Shown here: positions 18,274 to 27,581 of the stretch, in pieces
Numbering within the stretch: the first letter of the stretch is position 1
Layout of the letters: each line of letters opens with the position of its first letter
NCBI GenBank assembly: GCA_028681275.1
Contig: JAQUIV010000001.1
Location: 880 to 64,879 of the forward strand
Length of the DNA: 64,000 nucleotides
Direction of reading: 5' to 3'
Source of the DNA: Aliarcobacter sp.
Lineage (GTDB): Bacteria; Campylobacterota; Campylobacteria; Campylobacterales; Arcobacteraceae
The notes under the pieces: model-generated
Told to the model about the DNA's origin: nothing
Databases searched by the model: none
Seen by the model: only the letters and a program-made list of their open reading frames with translations
Position numbers and translations under genes: made by a program

Positions 18274-19941
18274 CTACAAAACTTTTTCATTTCTCTCTTC
18301 AAAAGATTTTTGAAACTTTTCTCGCAAGCTATGAATATCTTTAAATAACTCTTCTTTTTCTTCTTTAGTTAAAAGTAAATTTGAAAATTGTAAAAGCAAA
18401 TTATTATCAATGATTGTAAAATTTGAAGTTGAAAAAACATCGTTTTCTATTGATACTGTATCTACTCCATCAAAGTTTGCATTATCAGCTGTATCTTCAA
18501 ATCTTTGTTCTGCTTCAAGCTGCATGAAAATATTTTTTTGTTTTTCTTCTGTAAAAAATATCACATCATAATAATTATTATTTAATAGAAATCTTCTATT
18601 TGTTGAAATTATAAAACCATTACTAACAAGACCTTCCATTTTTGCTTTACTTGATAAACTATCTTCATCCTTTCCTTTTATTCTTTTTTCTAGTATATCA
18701 GTGATTTTAATTAAATGCTCATTATTTGCTAAAATAATACCCTCTTTAATCATTTCTTCATACTTGATAATTTCTTCTATAAAATCTTCTATTTCTATAG
18801 TTTCACAATCTTCAAGAGAAAGAAGAGATTTTTGTTTCTCTTCTTTAGCTTTATTATAAGATTCTCTCCATTCTTTGATTTTTTCTATATCATTTTCATT
18901 TTTAAATGGAATAACTTTACCATTAATATAAACAGCTGAGCTATCACTAGAAACATAACTATTATCAAATATTTCTTTTTTTACTTCTTCTGCAAAAGCT
19001 TCATCATTTAGTTTTTCTCTTTCTGCTTCTTCTTTGTCTTTAGCCTCTTTATTTTTATTATAAGTTTCTTTCCACTTTTTGATTTTTTCAAAGTCATTTT
19101 TATGACCAAATATAAGAGTTTCTTTATCATTTTTAACTTCAGCATGTTTTTCTGGGTATTCAAACAAATAAGCATAAGCGACTCCAGATAAAATATCTTC
19201 TTTTATAACTTCTGCATAATGAATAGAATCTAATTTTTCTTTTTCATTTTCAAAATTATCCAAAGACCTTTTTACATTAGTTCGTATATCTTCTCTTGTA
19301 ATTTCGCCAGCGGAATATTTATTATAATAACTTAATTGTCTTTTAGGATTTGGCTCTCTTGAAATCTCCTGTAATATATCTAAACCAATATCACTATGAT
19401 TTGCTTTTAAGTGATCAATAATTTCATCACATAAATTAAATACTGCAAAAGCTTTACTAACATAAGGAGCTTTTTTCCCAATATTTTTTGCTAAATCACT
19501 TTTTTTAGTATATTTTCCTTGTTCCCAAATAGCTTTAATAGATAAAGCAATTTCAAAAGGTGTTAAATCTTCCCTTTGAATATTTTCAATTAGCTGCACT
19601 TCGCTTATAACTTCTTTATGTTCAACTGTTACAATAGCTTTAATTGTTTTTAAATCAGCTTTTAAATGTGCTCTATATCTTCTTTCTCCAGCGACAAGTT
19701 TATATTTTCCTGTTCCATCTTCTTCAACAATAATTGGTTCTAATAAACCATGCTCTTTTATTGAGTTTGCAAGTTCTTCTATTTTCTCTTCATTAAAAAG
19801 TTTTCTTGGCTGATTTGGGTCAGGATAAACTAAAAATAAAGCTAACTCTAAAATTCCACCTAAAGTGGGTTGCTCTTGGTCTGTTGCTGTTGTTACTTCC
19901 CCACCTAATAAATCATCTAAATCAATATTGTTCTTACTCAT
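18274..19941 (-). CDS. parB: ParB-family CTPase/DNA-binding protein with long C-terminal extension
   Basis: PNQPRKLF, GLLEPI, AGERRYRA, ENIQREDL, HTH (KSDLAKNIGKKAPYVSK). Confidence 0.9.
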   Translation of the reverse strand: MSKNNIDLDDLLGGEVTTATDQEQPTLGGILELALFLVYPDPNQPRKLFNEEKIEELANSIKEHGLLEPIIVEEDGTGKYKLVAGERRYRAHLKADLKTIKAIVTVEHKEVISEVQLIENIQREDLTPFEIALSIKAIWEQGKYTKKSDLAKNIGKKAPYVSKAFAVFNLCDEIIDHLKANHSDIGLDILQEISREPNPKRQLSYYNKYSAGEITREDIRTNVKRSLDNFENEKEKLDSIHYAEVIKEDILSGVAYAYLFEYPEKHAEVKNDKETLIFGHKNDFEKIKKWKETYNKNKEAKDKEEAEREKLNDEAFAEEVKKEIFDNSYVSSDSSAVYINGKVIPFKNENDIEKIKEWRESYNKAKEEKQKSLLSLEDCETIEIEDFIEEIIKYEEMIKEGIILANNEHLIKITDILEKRIKGKDEDSLSSKAKMEGLVSNGFIISTNRRFLLNNNYYDVIFFTEEKQKNIFMQLEAEQRFEDTADNANFDGVDTVSIENDVFSTSNFTIIDNNLLLQFSNLLLTKEEKEELFKDIHSLREKFQKSFEERNEKVL

Positions 19942-19942
19942 T

Positions 19943-20629
19943 TTAAGCTCCTTGAATAGTTAAAATTTCTTGACATAAAGCCTCAATCTCAAGTTTTGAT
20001 TTAGGCTCAACTTTTGCTTTTATTTCTGTTACACCTTTTGCAAATTTTGATTGTTTATCATATTCAATAGAAGTATGAATAACTGTATTCATAAAATTTG
20101 GAAAATCTTTTTTAATCTCATTTTTTATAGGTTCGAGATTTGTTTTTCGTGGATGAACTTGATTTAATAAAACCTTGAATTTATCCCTACTAATTCCCTC
20201 TTCATTTAATATCTTTTTAAATGATAACATTCCTAAATCATCCACCATTGCACCACCTTTAAAAGGCAAGATAATATGTTTTGCTAACTTTAGAGCCAAT
20301 CTGTTAAGCGGAGTATCAAAACCACCAATATCAATTAAAGTTAATCCTTGAAACTCCTCATTTATAAAATCTCTAAGCTGCTGTTCTGATTTGATAGAAG
20401 TTACATTTAAAGCTGCTAATTCTTTCTTTTGTCTTATGATATTTGTAAGATATACAGTTTGTTGGAAGTCAATATCCGCAACTCTTACATTTATCCCCGC
20501 ATTGTGTAAAGCTATTGCTGCATTTAAAGTTATTAGAGATTTTCCAATCCCTCCTTTTGTCCATCCAATTATTATTGGTTCTGCTGTTTTACCGTTTATT
20601 AAGTCTGTTGTTTTTTTAGTTAATTTCAT
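19943..20629 (-). CDS. parA: ParA-family ATPase
   Basis: Deviant Walker A KGGIGKS, DIDFQ, LIDIGG; AAAGGA RBS before ATG 20629. Confidence 0.9.
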   Translation of the reverse strand: MKLTKKTTDLINGKTAEPIIIGWTKGGIGKSLITLNAAIALHNAGINVRVADIDFQQTVYLTNIIRQKKELAALNVTSIKSEQQLRDFINEEFQGLTLIDIGGFDTPLNRLALKLAKHIILPFKGGAMVDDLGMLSFKKILNEEGISRDKFKVLLNQVHPRKTNLEPIKNEIKKDFPNFMNTVIHTSIEYDKQSKFAKGVTEIKAKVEPKSKLEIEALCQEILTIQGA

Positions 20630-20737
20630 TTTTATTTTTCCTTTTTTTACATATTTTGATATAATACTTTTCAACAATTTTGAAATTGTTCAACTTACAC
20701 ATATTTTTCCGCCAAGATTTAAATGTGTTTTTAAAAT

Positions 20738-20762
20738 AGCTCTTCAAGTTTTTTGAAGAGCT
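20738..20762. terminator. Hairpin between ardC and parA
   Basis: AGCTCTTCAA-5nt-TTGAAGAGCT. Confidence 0.5.
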
Positions 20763-20850
20763 TTGAATCCTCTTTTAATATACAATTCACAAAACAACCA
20801 AATATTAAACTAAGAACTGTTATAACTATCATTGCTGTAACAAAATCCAT

Positions 20851-21747
20851 TTAAGCCACCGCCATTTCATTTGATTGTAAATTTAAAAGATAATCAAAAG
20901 CTTTTTGAGCAGAACTAGCAACTTTCCATAAAATCATTGGATTTTCTCTCAATGAATTACACCAAGATTTTAAATACTCTGGATGTTGACACTCTTCTAT
21001 TTCAATATCTAAATGTGAACATAAAAAGGCACTTCCAAGCTCTGCAATTAATTCTTCAATTGCATACTGTTTGTCACCAAACTTTTTACCTTTTTGTCTA
21101 TCTAATCTATCAGCTGCACCCGTCCAATGTGTTAGCTCATGCAGTAATGTAGAATAGTAATTATTACTATCTATAAAAGTTTCTAATTTTGGCATTTGTA
21201 CATAGTCAAAAACTGGTTTATAAAAAGCTCTATTTCCACCATGTTTTAGGTCTAAATTTGTATTTTTTATAAACTGTTCTACTCTCTCGATTTTTTGGTT
21301 TTCATTTGGTTTTTCAATTACTGGTAATTCGTAATCAATCCCCTCTATATCTTCAATGTTAAAAACAACATATTTATTTAATAGTGGGAAATTAATACTT
21401 TCCTCTACATTTTCACCCGTTTTTATGTCTTCCATTGTTACAGTTTTATTTAAAATCTTAAAAAAATAAACTGGGTAGCCTTTTGCTCCTTTTTTAACTT
21501 TTCCGCCTTTTTCTTGTGCTTGTTTAAAGCTCATAAAAAATGGTGCTTCATGACCTCTTTCCATCATTAATAACTGTAAGAAGAAAATATTTGCACCTCT
21601 ATATGGTTTTTTGCTTACAAAGTTTTGCAGATTATCTACATTTGAAACTGACCAGCTTTTAATCCATTTTTTATCGCTTGTTTCCATCTTTTCAATTAGT
21701 TTATTAACTAACTCTATAAATTCATTTTTTATTGGATTTACTTTCAT
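20851..21747 (-). CDS. ardC: ArdC-family antirestriction protein (ssDNA-binding domain plus zincin-like domain)
   Basis: PYRGAN, SFKQAQEKGGKVKKG, VFN, LLHELTHWTG, YAIEELIAELGSAFL. Confidence 0.92.
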   Translation of the reverse strand: MKVNPIKNEFIELVNKLIEKMETSDKKWIKSWSVSNVDNLQNFVSKKPYRGANIFFLQLLMMERGHEAPFFMSFKQAQEKGGKVKKGAKGYPVYFFKILNKTVTMEDIKTGENVEESINFPLLNKYVVFNIEDIEGIDYELPVIEKPNENQKIERVEQFIKNTNLDLKHGGNRAFYKPVFDYVQMPKLETFIDSNNYYSTLLHELTHWTGAADRLDRQKGKKFGDKQYAIEELIAELGSAFLCSHLDIEIEECQHPEYLKSWCNSLRENPMILWKVASSAQKAFDYLLNLQSNEMAVA

Positions 21748-21960
21748 ATATTCCCTCTCTAAATTAATTTTTATACTCTATGCCTTTAACCGAATGTTTT
21801 AAACTCTTATAAGGCTTTAATTGTTTATTTATTTACTAGGTTCACCGCCTTTCAATACTCCACAGGAAACAATTAAAATTCTGTGACAATCAAAATATAT
21901 TGTATAAATAGATTTTGATTATTTAAGAGATTTGTGACAATGCGTTATAAAATATCTTTA

Positions 21961-21975
21961 TTGCGTTATTCCGTA
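21961..21975 (-). promoter_or_regulatory. Operator upstream of the ardC-parAB operon
   Basis: TACGGAATAACGCAA on minus strand, just downstream of TAGAAT at 21989-21994. Confidence 0.7.
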
Positions 21976-22016
21976 ATATATAGATGCAATTCTACTTATT
22001 TATTATTAATTTAAAC

Positions 22017-22056
22017 TTAAAAGGAAAGATATTAAATTAAATATTTTTCCTTTTAA
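22017..22056. repeat. 40-bp imperfect palindrome
   Basis: TTAAAAGGAAAGATATTAAATTAAATATTTTTCCTTTTAA; two non-matching pairs. Confidence 0.8.
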
Positions 22057-22126
22057 CCCTATACAATAGGAATATATTAATATATAGCAAAATATTAAAC
22101 AAATATTAAAAAGAATACACGACCGC

Positions 22127-22629
22127 CCGCCCCCTCATTTGCGAAATTTTTTTAAGCTTTTGACTATAAAAAACTATTAAAACAAGAGATTTTTATTTTT
22201 TAGGGTGTATTTGTAAGGTGTTCCTATTTTTTTTAAGAAATAGGAAGTTTTCTTGATTTCTAGGGCAAAATATTATTTTTTTTGTTTTTTGGGAAAAAGT
22301 GGGTAATAATTTGTTAGCGGTGGATATTTAATCTAGTGTGTTAGTGTATTTTAATTCGTATTTATGGTATTTTGTTTTATTTTTTTAATTATTCGGCAGT
22401 AATTTCGGCAGTAAAATGGCATTTAATCGCTAGAAAAGTTCCAAGTAAATTTGAAAAACCAAGACCCCTCAATCCCCCAGAGGGTCGAGCCTCGGCAACA
22501 GCCTATCCCTGCAAATGCAAATTACTATGAAGTTTTTAGGTAAATAGAAAGAAATAAAAAAATTTTAAAAAATTTAAAGTCAAAAATAGGATAAAAGCTT
22601 ACAAAAAAATTTCGCAAATGAGGGGGCGG
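22127..22629. repeat. Perfect 27-bp inverted repeats bounding a 503-bp non-coding unit
   Basis: CCGCCCCCTCATTTGCGAAATTTTTTT at 22127-22153 and its reverse complement at 22603-22629. Confidence 0.92.
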
Positions 22630-22648
22630 AGCGCAGCGGAGCATTGGA

Positions 22649-23362
22649 CTATTTAATTAGGTCCAAGCTCACACTATTTTTTACTTTTCCAATGATCTTA
22701 ATTTCTGAATTTTTCACAGGTATTGTATTATAAATTATATTATCTGATTTTAATAAAACAGTTTCATCCAGGAACTCTAATCTTTTAATATAAATTTCGC
22801 CAGCTAAATTAACAACATATACTGCATTGTTTAATTTATCTTTATCATTCGTATCCACAAATACAATTGAATTATTTTTAATATTTGGCTCCATAGAATC
22901 ACCAATTATTTTTATTGCTTGTATATATTTTTCATTTAAGTCTTTTAGAAAAACTTTTGGTATAACTAAATATTCCAGTTCCTGACAATCTTCATTTATA
23001 CAACCTCCACCAGCTGAAGCTGCAATATCAGTAAAATAAGGAATACTTATCGTATCATCATTTAAATAGTCTTTCAAATCTTTTTTTGATATTATTTTTG
23101 CATCCTTATCCTCTTCATTGTTTGATTTTGGATATTTACCAAAAAAAACCCAGTTAGGGTTTAATCCGTCTTCAATACATAAATTAAGAATAACTTCATA
23201 GAGCATATTTCCTGTTTTTCTTACTCTTTCAGTTTCTGTTATTGCTTTTTTATAATTATCTCTATATGTAGATAGTGGAATATCTAATTTTTTAGCAATA
23301 GCTACTTCATTTTCTAAATTATAAAATTCTTTAAGCCTTTCTATTGTTTTTTCCATATTCAT
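22649..23362 (-). CDS. cI: CI-like repressor (HTH plus S24 autopeptidase)
   Basis: AASAGGG cleavage site, GDSMEP catalytic Ser, YIKRL Lys; divergent from cro-like gene. Confidence 0.92.
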   Translation of the reverse strand: MNMEKTIERLKEFYNLENEVAIAKKLDIPLSTYRDNYKKAITETERVRKTGNMLYEVILNLCIEDGLNPNWVFFGKYPKSNNEEDKDAKIISKKDLKDYLNDDTISIPYFTDIAASAGGGCINEDCQELEYLVIPKVFLKDLNEKYIQAIKIIGDSMEPNIKNNSIVFVDTNDKDKLNNAVYVVNLAGEIYIKRLEFLDETVLLKSDNIIYNTIPVKNSEIKIIGKVKNSVSLDLIK

Positions 23363-23417
23363 TATAAAACCTTTATATATTTTATTAAAACTACATTATA
23401 CCATATAAAGCTTAATT

Positions 23418-23531
23418 GTGTGATAACCCGTAAAGAAAAAATATAATTTTAATATTTTACGGATTAACGCAATATTAAGTTAACAAGTAATAGAATACCG
23501 TAATTATTATATTATATACGGAGTAACACAA
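23418..23531. promoter_or_regulatory. Immunity switch region with three operators
   Basis: Operators at 23418-23432(-), 23458-23472(+), 23517-23531(+); TTAAGTT-9bp-TAGAAT. Confidence 0.8.
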
Positions 23532-23746
23532 TGAATGTACTTAGAGAATTTGATGATTATTTTCATAAACTTAAATTTATTACTAGAACATCGTCTGAAA
23601 CCGCTACTGCTAAAGAGCTTGGTATTAAGCCAAGAACATTTAATCAAATGAGACATGATAATAAAATACCATTTGAAGAAACTTTACAATATTGCCAAGA
23701 TAGGCAAATTGATATTTTATGGTTAACTAATCTACAAAGTAAATAG
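23531..23746 (+). CDS. Cro-like HTH regulator
   Basis: TATAKELGIKPRTFNQMR...IDILWL; divergent from cI. Confidence 0.8.
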   Translation: MNVLREFDDYFHKLKFITRTSSETATAKELGIKPRTFNQMRHDNKIPFEETLQYCQDRQIDILWLTNLQSK

Positions 23747-24709
23747 ATGATTTTTAGAAAAAAAAGAGATACTAATTTCACAGTCATTAATAATGATATT
23801 TTTGAAGATAATAAATTATCTCTTCCAGCTATTGGCTTATTATGCTATCTATTATCAAAGCCTCATGAATGGGATGTAACACCCAAAATACTATGTAAAA
23901 AATTAAATAAAAAAGAACACTCAAAAGCAAGTTATGAATACATTCTTGAGGTATTAAAAGAGCTTGAAAATGCTCAATATTTACATAAAAAAAAGCTACA
24001 TGATGGGCGTACTGAATATTTTGTTTACGATGAGCCTAATCGGGAAAATACCTATTTGGGAAATTGCCTAATAGATAATTTCCCAAATAGGAAAAAGCCT
24101 AATCGGGAAAATGACGATACTAATAAAGAACTGAAAGACCATAAAGAACTGAAAGAAAAAAAGAAAGAAAAGATTAGTCCAAAATCTTCTAAAGAATATT
24201 TTGACAACATAGCTTTTTTTAATGAGTTCTGGGAGCTGTACCCAAGGAAAGAGGCGAAACTAAAAAGTGCTAAAACATTTGAAAAGTTATCAAAAGCTAA
24301 AAAACTTGAAATTATAAAACTTACAAGTCTATTTATAGCAGATATGAACTCTTTAGGTCGAACTCGTGCGACTATAATGCTTCCATCTACATACTTAAAC
24401 GATGAAAGATATGAAGATTATAAGGGAAAAGTCGAACTTTCAAAAACAAATGAGGGGGCGAAAAAAGCCGAAGATATGGGCGAATCTAGGGGTAATATTT
24501 TAGCTGAAAAAATCATAAATATCATAAAAAATATCGAAAATGAGGGGGATGTGAGCAAAATGTATAGCAAGGTCTATATGGAAAAATCTTATTTTGATGA
24601 CTATGAATTGGGTGTTTTGAAAGAATTAGATTATAGCTTCTCAAATTTTAAAGATATTGAATTTAAAACAGGTGAAATAAAAAGATATTTAAGGGGATTC
24701 TGTGATTGA
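23747..24709 (+). CDS. Phage replication initiator
   Basis: NFTVINN...LSLPAIGLLCYLLSKP wHTH; FNEFWELYPRK; PSTYLNDERY. Confidence 0.85.
   Translation: MIFRKKRDTNFTVINNDIFEDNKLSLPAIGLLCYLLSKPHEWDVTPKILCKKLNKKEHSKASYEYILEVLKELENAQYLHKKKLHDGRTEYFVYDEPNRENTYLGNCLIDNFPNRKKPNRENDDTNKELKDHKELKEKKKEKISPKSSKEYFDNIAFFNEFWELYPRKEAKLKSAKTFEKLSKAKKLEIIKLTSLFIADMNSLGRTRATIMLPSTYLNDERYEDYKGKVELSKTNEGAKKAEDMGESRGNILAEKIINIIKNIENEGDVSKMYSKVYMEKSYFDDYELGVLKELDYSFSNFKDIEFKTGEIKRYLRGFCD
24033..24160 (+). repeat. Iteron array / putative origin inside the initiator gene
   Basis: Five ~16-bp units like CCTAATCGGGAAAAT (24035, 24051, 24067, 24082, 24098), then A-rich repeat ATAAAGAACTGAAAGA x2. Confidence 0.7.
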
Positions 24710-26006
24710 TAATTTAGCTGATAAAGATTTAGAACAAATTATATTAAGTACTTGTATCCAAAGTGAGAGATATTTAGAAGTTAGTGAGATTATTCTTGAA
24801 AAACATTTTACAGAAGAAGCTCATAAGGCAATATGGAAAACATTGAAAATTATTGAAGATAAAAATATTGAAATTTCTCCTCAAATGATGGCAGTAGAAC
24901 TAATGAAAAATACTCCAGAGCATATGGGTATGCTAAAACTAATATTATTAAAAACTGCAATGCCAAATTTAACTATTTTAGCAGTTGAATTAATAGAATG
25001 GTTTAATAAAAGAGAACTTTATAAGCTTTCTATCCAAATTCAAGAAAGTTTATCAAGTAAAAAATCAAGCTCTTTGATTACTAAAGAAATTGATGATGTA
25101 ACTAATGGACTTGACCAAGGAATAGGAACAAGAGCAAAAAGTTATGCTCAATGGGAAATAGAAAAATCTCAAAAAGCACCTATTCCAAAATATGAAACAA
25201 GTATTTCTTTTGTTGATAGTGCATTAAAGGGTGGAATTGGTGCAGGACAATTTATTTTACTCATGGGTGACCCAGAAGCTGGGAAAACTGTTTTAGGAAC
25301 TCAAATACTTAGGAATGTAGTTAAAAATAATCATTTAGCTTTATTCTTTAGTTTTGAGTTCACAGTTGATGATTTTATAGACCAAAATCAAGAGAAAAAA
25401 AGAGAATTCCCAAAAGAGAATCTACAAATTATAAATGATGGCTATGATATTGCTGATGTATCAAGAGAAATTAAGCTTTGGGCTAGAAAAGGGTGTAGAT
25501 TTATACTAATAGATTCTCAAATGAGAGTTGAAAATAGTGATAATAGAGGAACAGCAGAACAAAGCGAATCTGAAAAATTTAGTAAATTAGCAAAACTTTG
25601 TCATAGTCTAAATATTATAATAATTTTTATAACTCAGCAAGGTAAAGAAGATACAAAAGGTGGAACTCATACACCTATGGGTACAAAAAAAGGGGCTCAT
25701 GAAGCAAATCAAATTTGGTATATACACAAACAAAAACCAAAATATGATGAAGATGGAAATGATTTAAATAAAGAAATGAGGGATTTTGAAATAAGTAAAA
25801 ATAAACAAAATGGAAGACATTTTAAAGCACCTATTAGACTTGATACAGTAATACTTGAATTTTTAAGAAAATATAATCACCAAGAAGCCACTTTTGAATC
25901 TGATAATCAACCAAAAAAGAAAAAGTTTATACCAGGACCTAAAGGTTCTAATATAGAAATTGAAATAGAAGAAGGAACTAAAGTCGATGTTCCTGATATA
26001 TTTTAA
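24702..26006 (+). CDS. DnaB-like replicative helicase
   Basis: DnaB N-terminal-like region, Walker A GDPEAGKT, LIDSQM, KNKQNG. Confidence 0.85.
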   Translation: MIDNLADKDLEQIILSTCIQSERYLEVSEIILEKHFTEEAHKAIWKTLKIIEDKNIEISPQMMAVELMKNTPEHMGMLKLILLKTAMPNLTILAVELIEWFNKRELYKLSIQIQESLSSKKSSSLITKEIDDVTNGLDQGIGTRAKSYAQWEIEKSQKAPIPKYETSISFVDSALKGGIGAGQFILLMGDPEAGKTVLGTQILRNVVKNNHLALFFSFEFTVDDFIDQNQEKKREFPKENLQIINDGYDIADVSREIKLWARKGCRFILIDSQMRVENSDNRGTAEQSESEKFSKLAKLCHSLNIIIIFITQQGKEDTKGGTHTPMGTKKGAHEANQIWYIHKQKPKYDEDGNDLNKEMRDFEISKNKQNGRHFKAPIRLDTVILEFLRKYNHQEATFESDNQPKKKKFIPGPKGSNIEIEIEEGTKVDVPDIF

Positions 26007-26014
26007 GGCTAATT

Positions 26015-27580
26015 ATGAGTTTTGAAAATATTGCAAAACAAGAAAAGACTAGACGAGAAGCCATACGAGAGAGAATCCGAAGAGGTGGAGTCGATGGGCT
26101 TAAACTCTACATAGAGCGAATTTTTGAAGAGGTTTATAATAGAAAATTTGAATTTTATTGGTATCACGAGCTGATAGTTATTGTTTTATGGAATGTAATT
26201 ATTGGTAAAGAAAAAAGAGTTATTTTTGAAATGGGTCCAAGAACTGGAAAAACAGAACTTATTGTAAGGATATTTGTGTCTTTTGTTCAAGGATATTTTG
26301 AATTTATTAAAAATCAATATATCACTTATGGTGGAGATTTAACTGAAGATACCTCAGTAGATATAAAAACTATTATGGAAAGTGAAGAGTATCAAAAAAT
26401 TTTTCCAAAAGTAAAATTTAGTGATAAACAAAATAAAAAATCAAACTGGAAATTAACAAGTGGAACTGAATTTTTTGGTTCTTCTGTTGGTGGAGCTGTT
26501 ACGGGTAAAGGTTCTCATATTACAGTTTTAGATGATACATTAAAAGCTCATAGTGCAGATAGTAAAGCTGAAAGAGATAATGTTTGGAAGTTTATTCAAA
26601 ACTCAGTTTTTACAAGACTTGAAGAAGATGGAGCAGTTATTGAAGTTATGCAAAGACTTCATGAAGATGACCCAACAGGAAGATTTATTAAAGAGCAAGG
26701 TTTAAAAAAAGATGGTGGCTTATGGATAGTATTTAGTTTTCCTCTTGAATGTCATGAAGATACAGTTTATGAATATGAAGATTTTTATTACTTTAGAAAA
26801 GCTGGAGAGATTTTACCAAATAGAAATTATAAAACTCAAGAGTCAATAGATAAGCTTAGAAGAAGTATTGGAGTTTTAGAAACTGAAAAACAATATAACC
26901 AAAATGTAACTGTTGCTGAAACTGGTTATTTTAAAAAAGATGATATTACAGAAATCACAAATATAGATTTGCCTGATGAAAATTTATATATATCAGTCGA
27001 TACAGCTGAGAGTTTAGAAACAACAGCTGATGATAGAGCAATTGCAGTAGTTGGTTGGAGTATAGATGATGATGAAATAGAACAGCAAACTATTCATGAT
27101 GGTAAGAGAGGTATTTGGGATGTTTATGGTGTATGTGAACACCTGATTGAGTTGATGATTAAATATCCTAATGCAGCAGTTTATATTGAGGGAGCTGGTG
27201 GAGGTATTACTCTAGGAGTAGTTTTAAAAAAAGAGATTGCAAAGATGAATGCAAAATTAAGAATAAAAGGCAAAAGCCCTATAAATAACTCTATTACGAT
27301 GTACCCACCAAAAAATTCTATTTCTAAACAACAAAAAATAAAATATATGAAAGTACCCTATGAAAATCGTACCATAAAAGTACATAAAAGTTGCGACTTA
27401 GATTTTAGAAAAAAATATGAAGAAGAGCTAGGTCGATTTAACCCTGAAAAAAAACAACAAAAAGATAACTGTATAGATGCAGTTGCATCTACATGGTTAT
27501 TTGCAGTACCTAAAAAAAATAGCATAAAGAAAAAAAATAGAAATAAATCAAAAAATAAAAAAGGCTGGAGAGGAGTTTAA
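26015..27580 (+). CDS. terL: Terminase large subunit
   Basis: PRTGKT, VTGKG..I.VLDD, MQRLHEDD, nuclease VDTA...DNCIDA. Confidence 0.92.
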   Translation: MSFENIAKQEKTRREAIRERIRRGGVDGLKLYIERIFEEVYNRKFEFYWYHELIVIVLWNVIIGKEKRVIFEMGPRTGKTELIVRIFVSFVQGYFEFIKNQYITYGGDLTEDTSVDIKTIMESEEYQKIFPKVKFSDKQNKKSNWKLTSGTEFFGSSVGGAVTGKGSHITVLDDTLKAHSADSKAERDNVWKFIQNSVFTRLEEDGAVIEVMQRLHEDDPTGRFIKEQGLKKDGGLWIVFSFPLECHEDTVYEYEDFYYFRKAGEILPNRNYKTQESIDKLRRSIGVLETEKQYNQNVTVAETGYFKKDDITEITNIDLPDENLYISVDTAESLETTADDRAIAVVGWSIDDDEIEQQTIHDGKRGIWDVYGVCEHLIELMIKYPNAAVYIEGAGGGITLGVVLKKEIAKMNAKLRIKGKSPINNSITMYPPKNSISKQQKIKYMKVPYENRTIKVHKSCDLDFRKKYEEELGRFNPEKKQQKDNCIDAVASTWLFAVPKKNSIKKKNRNKSKNKKGWRGV

Positions 27581-27581
27581 A

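Noticed and set aside
22200-22400. Left att junction at about 22.3 kb
   Set aside because: No copy of the tRNA-Leu 3' end there, and the same motifs and essential virion genes continue to the left.
22127-22629. IS or MITE interpretation of the 27-bp inverted repeats
   Set aside because: No target-site duplication, transposase or second copy in the window; not fully excluded without the whole genome.
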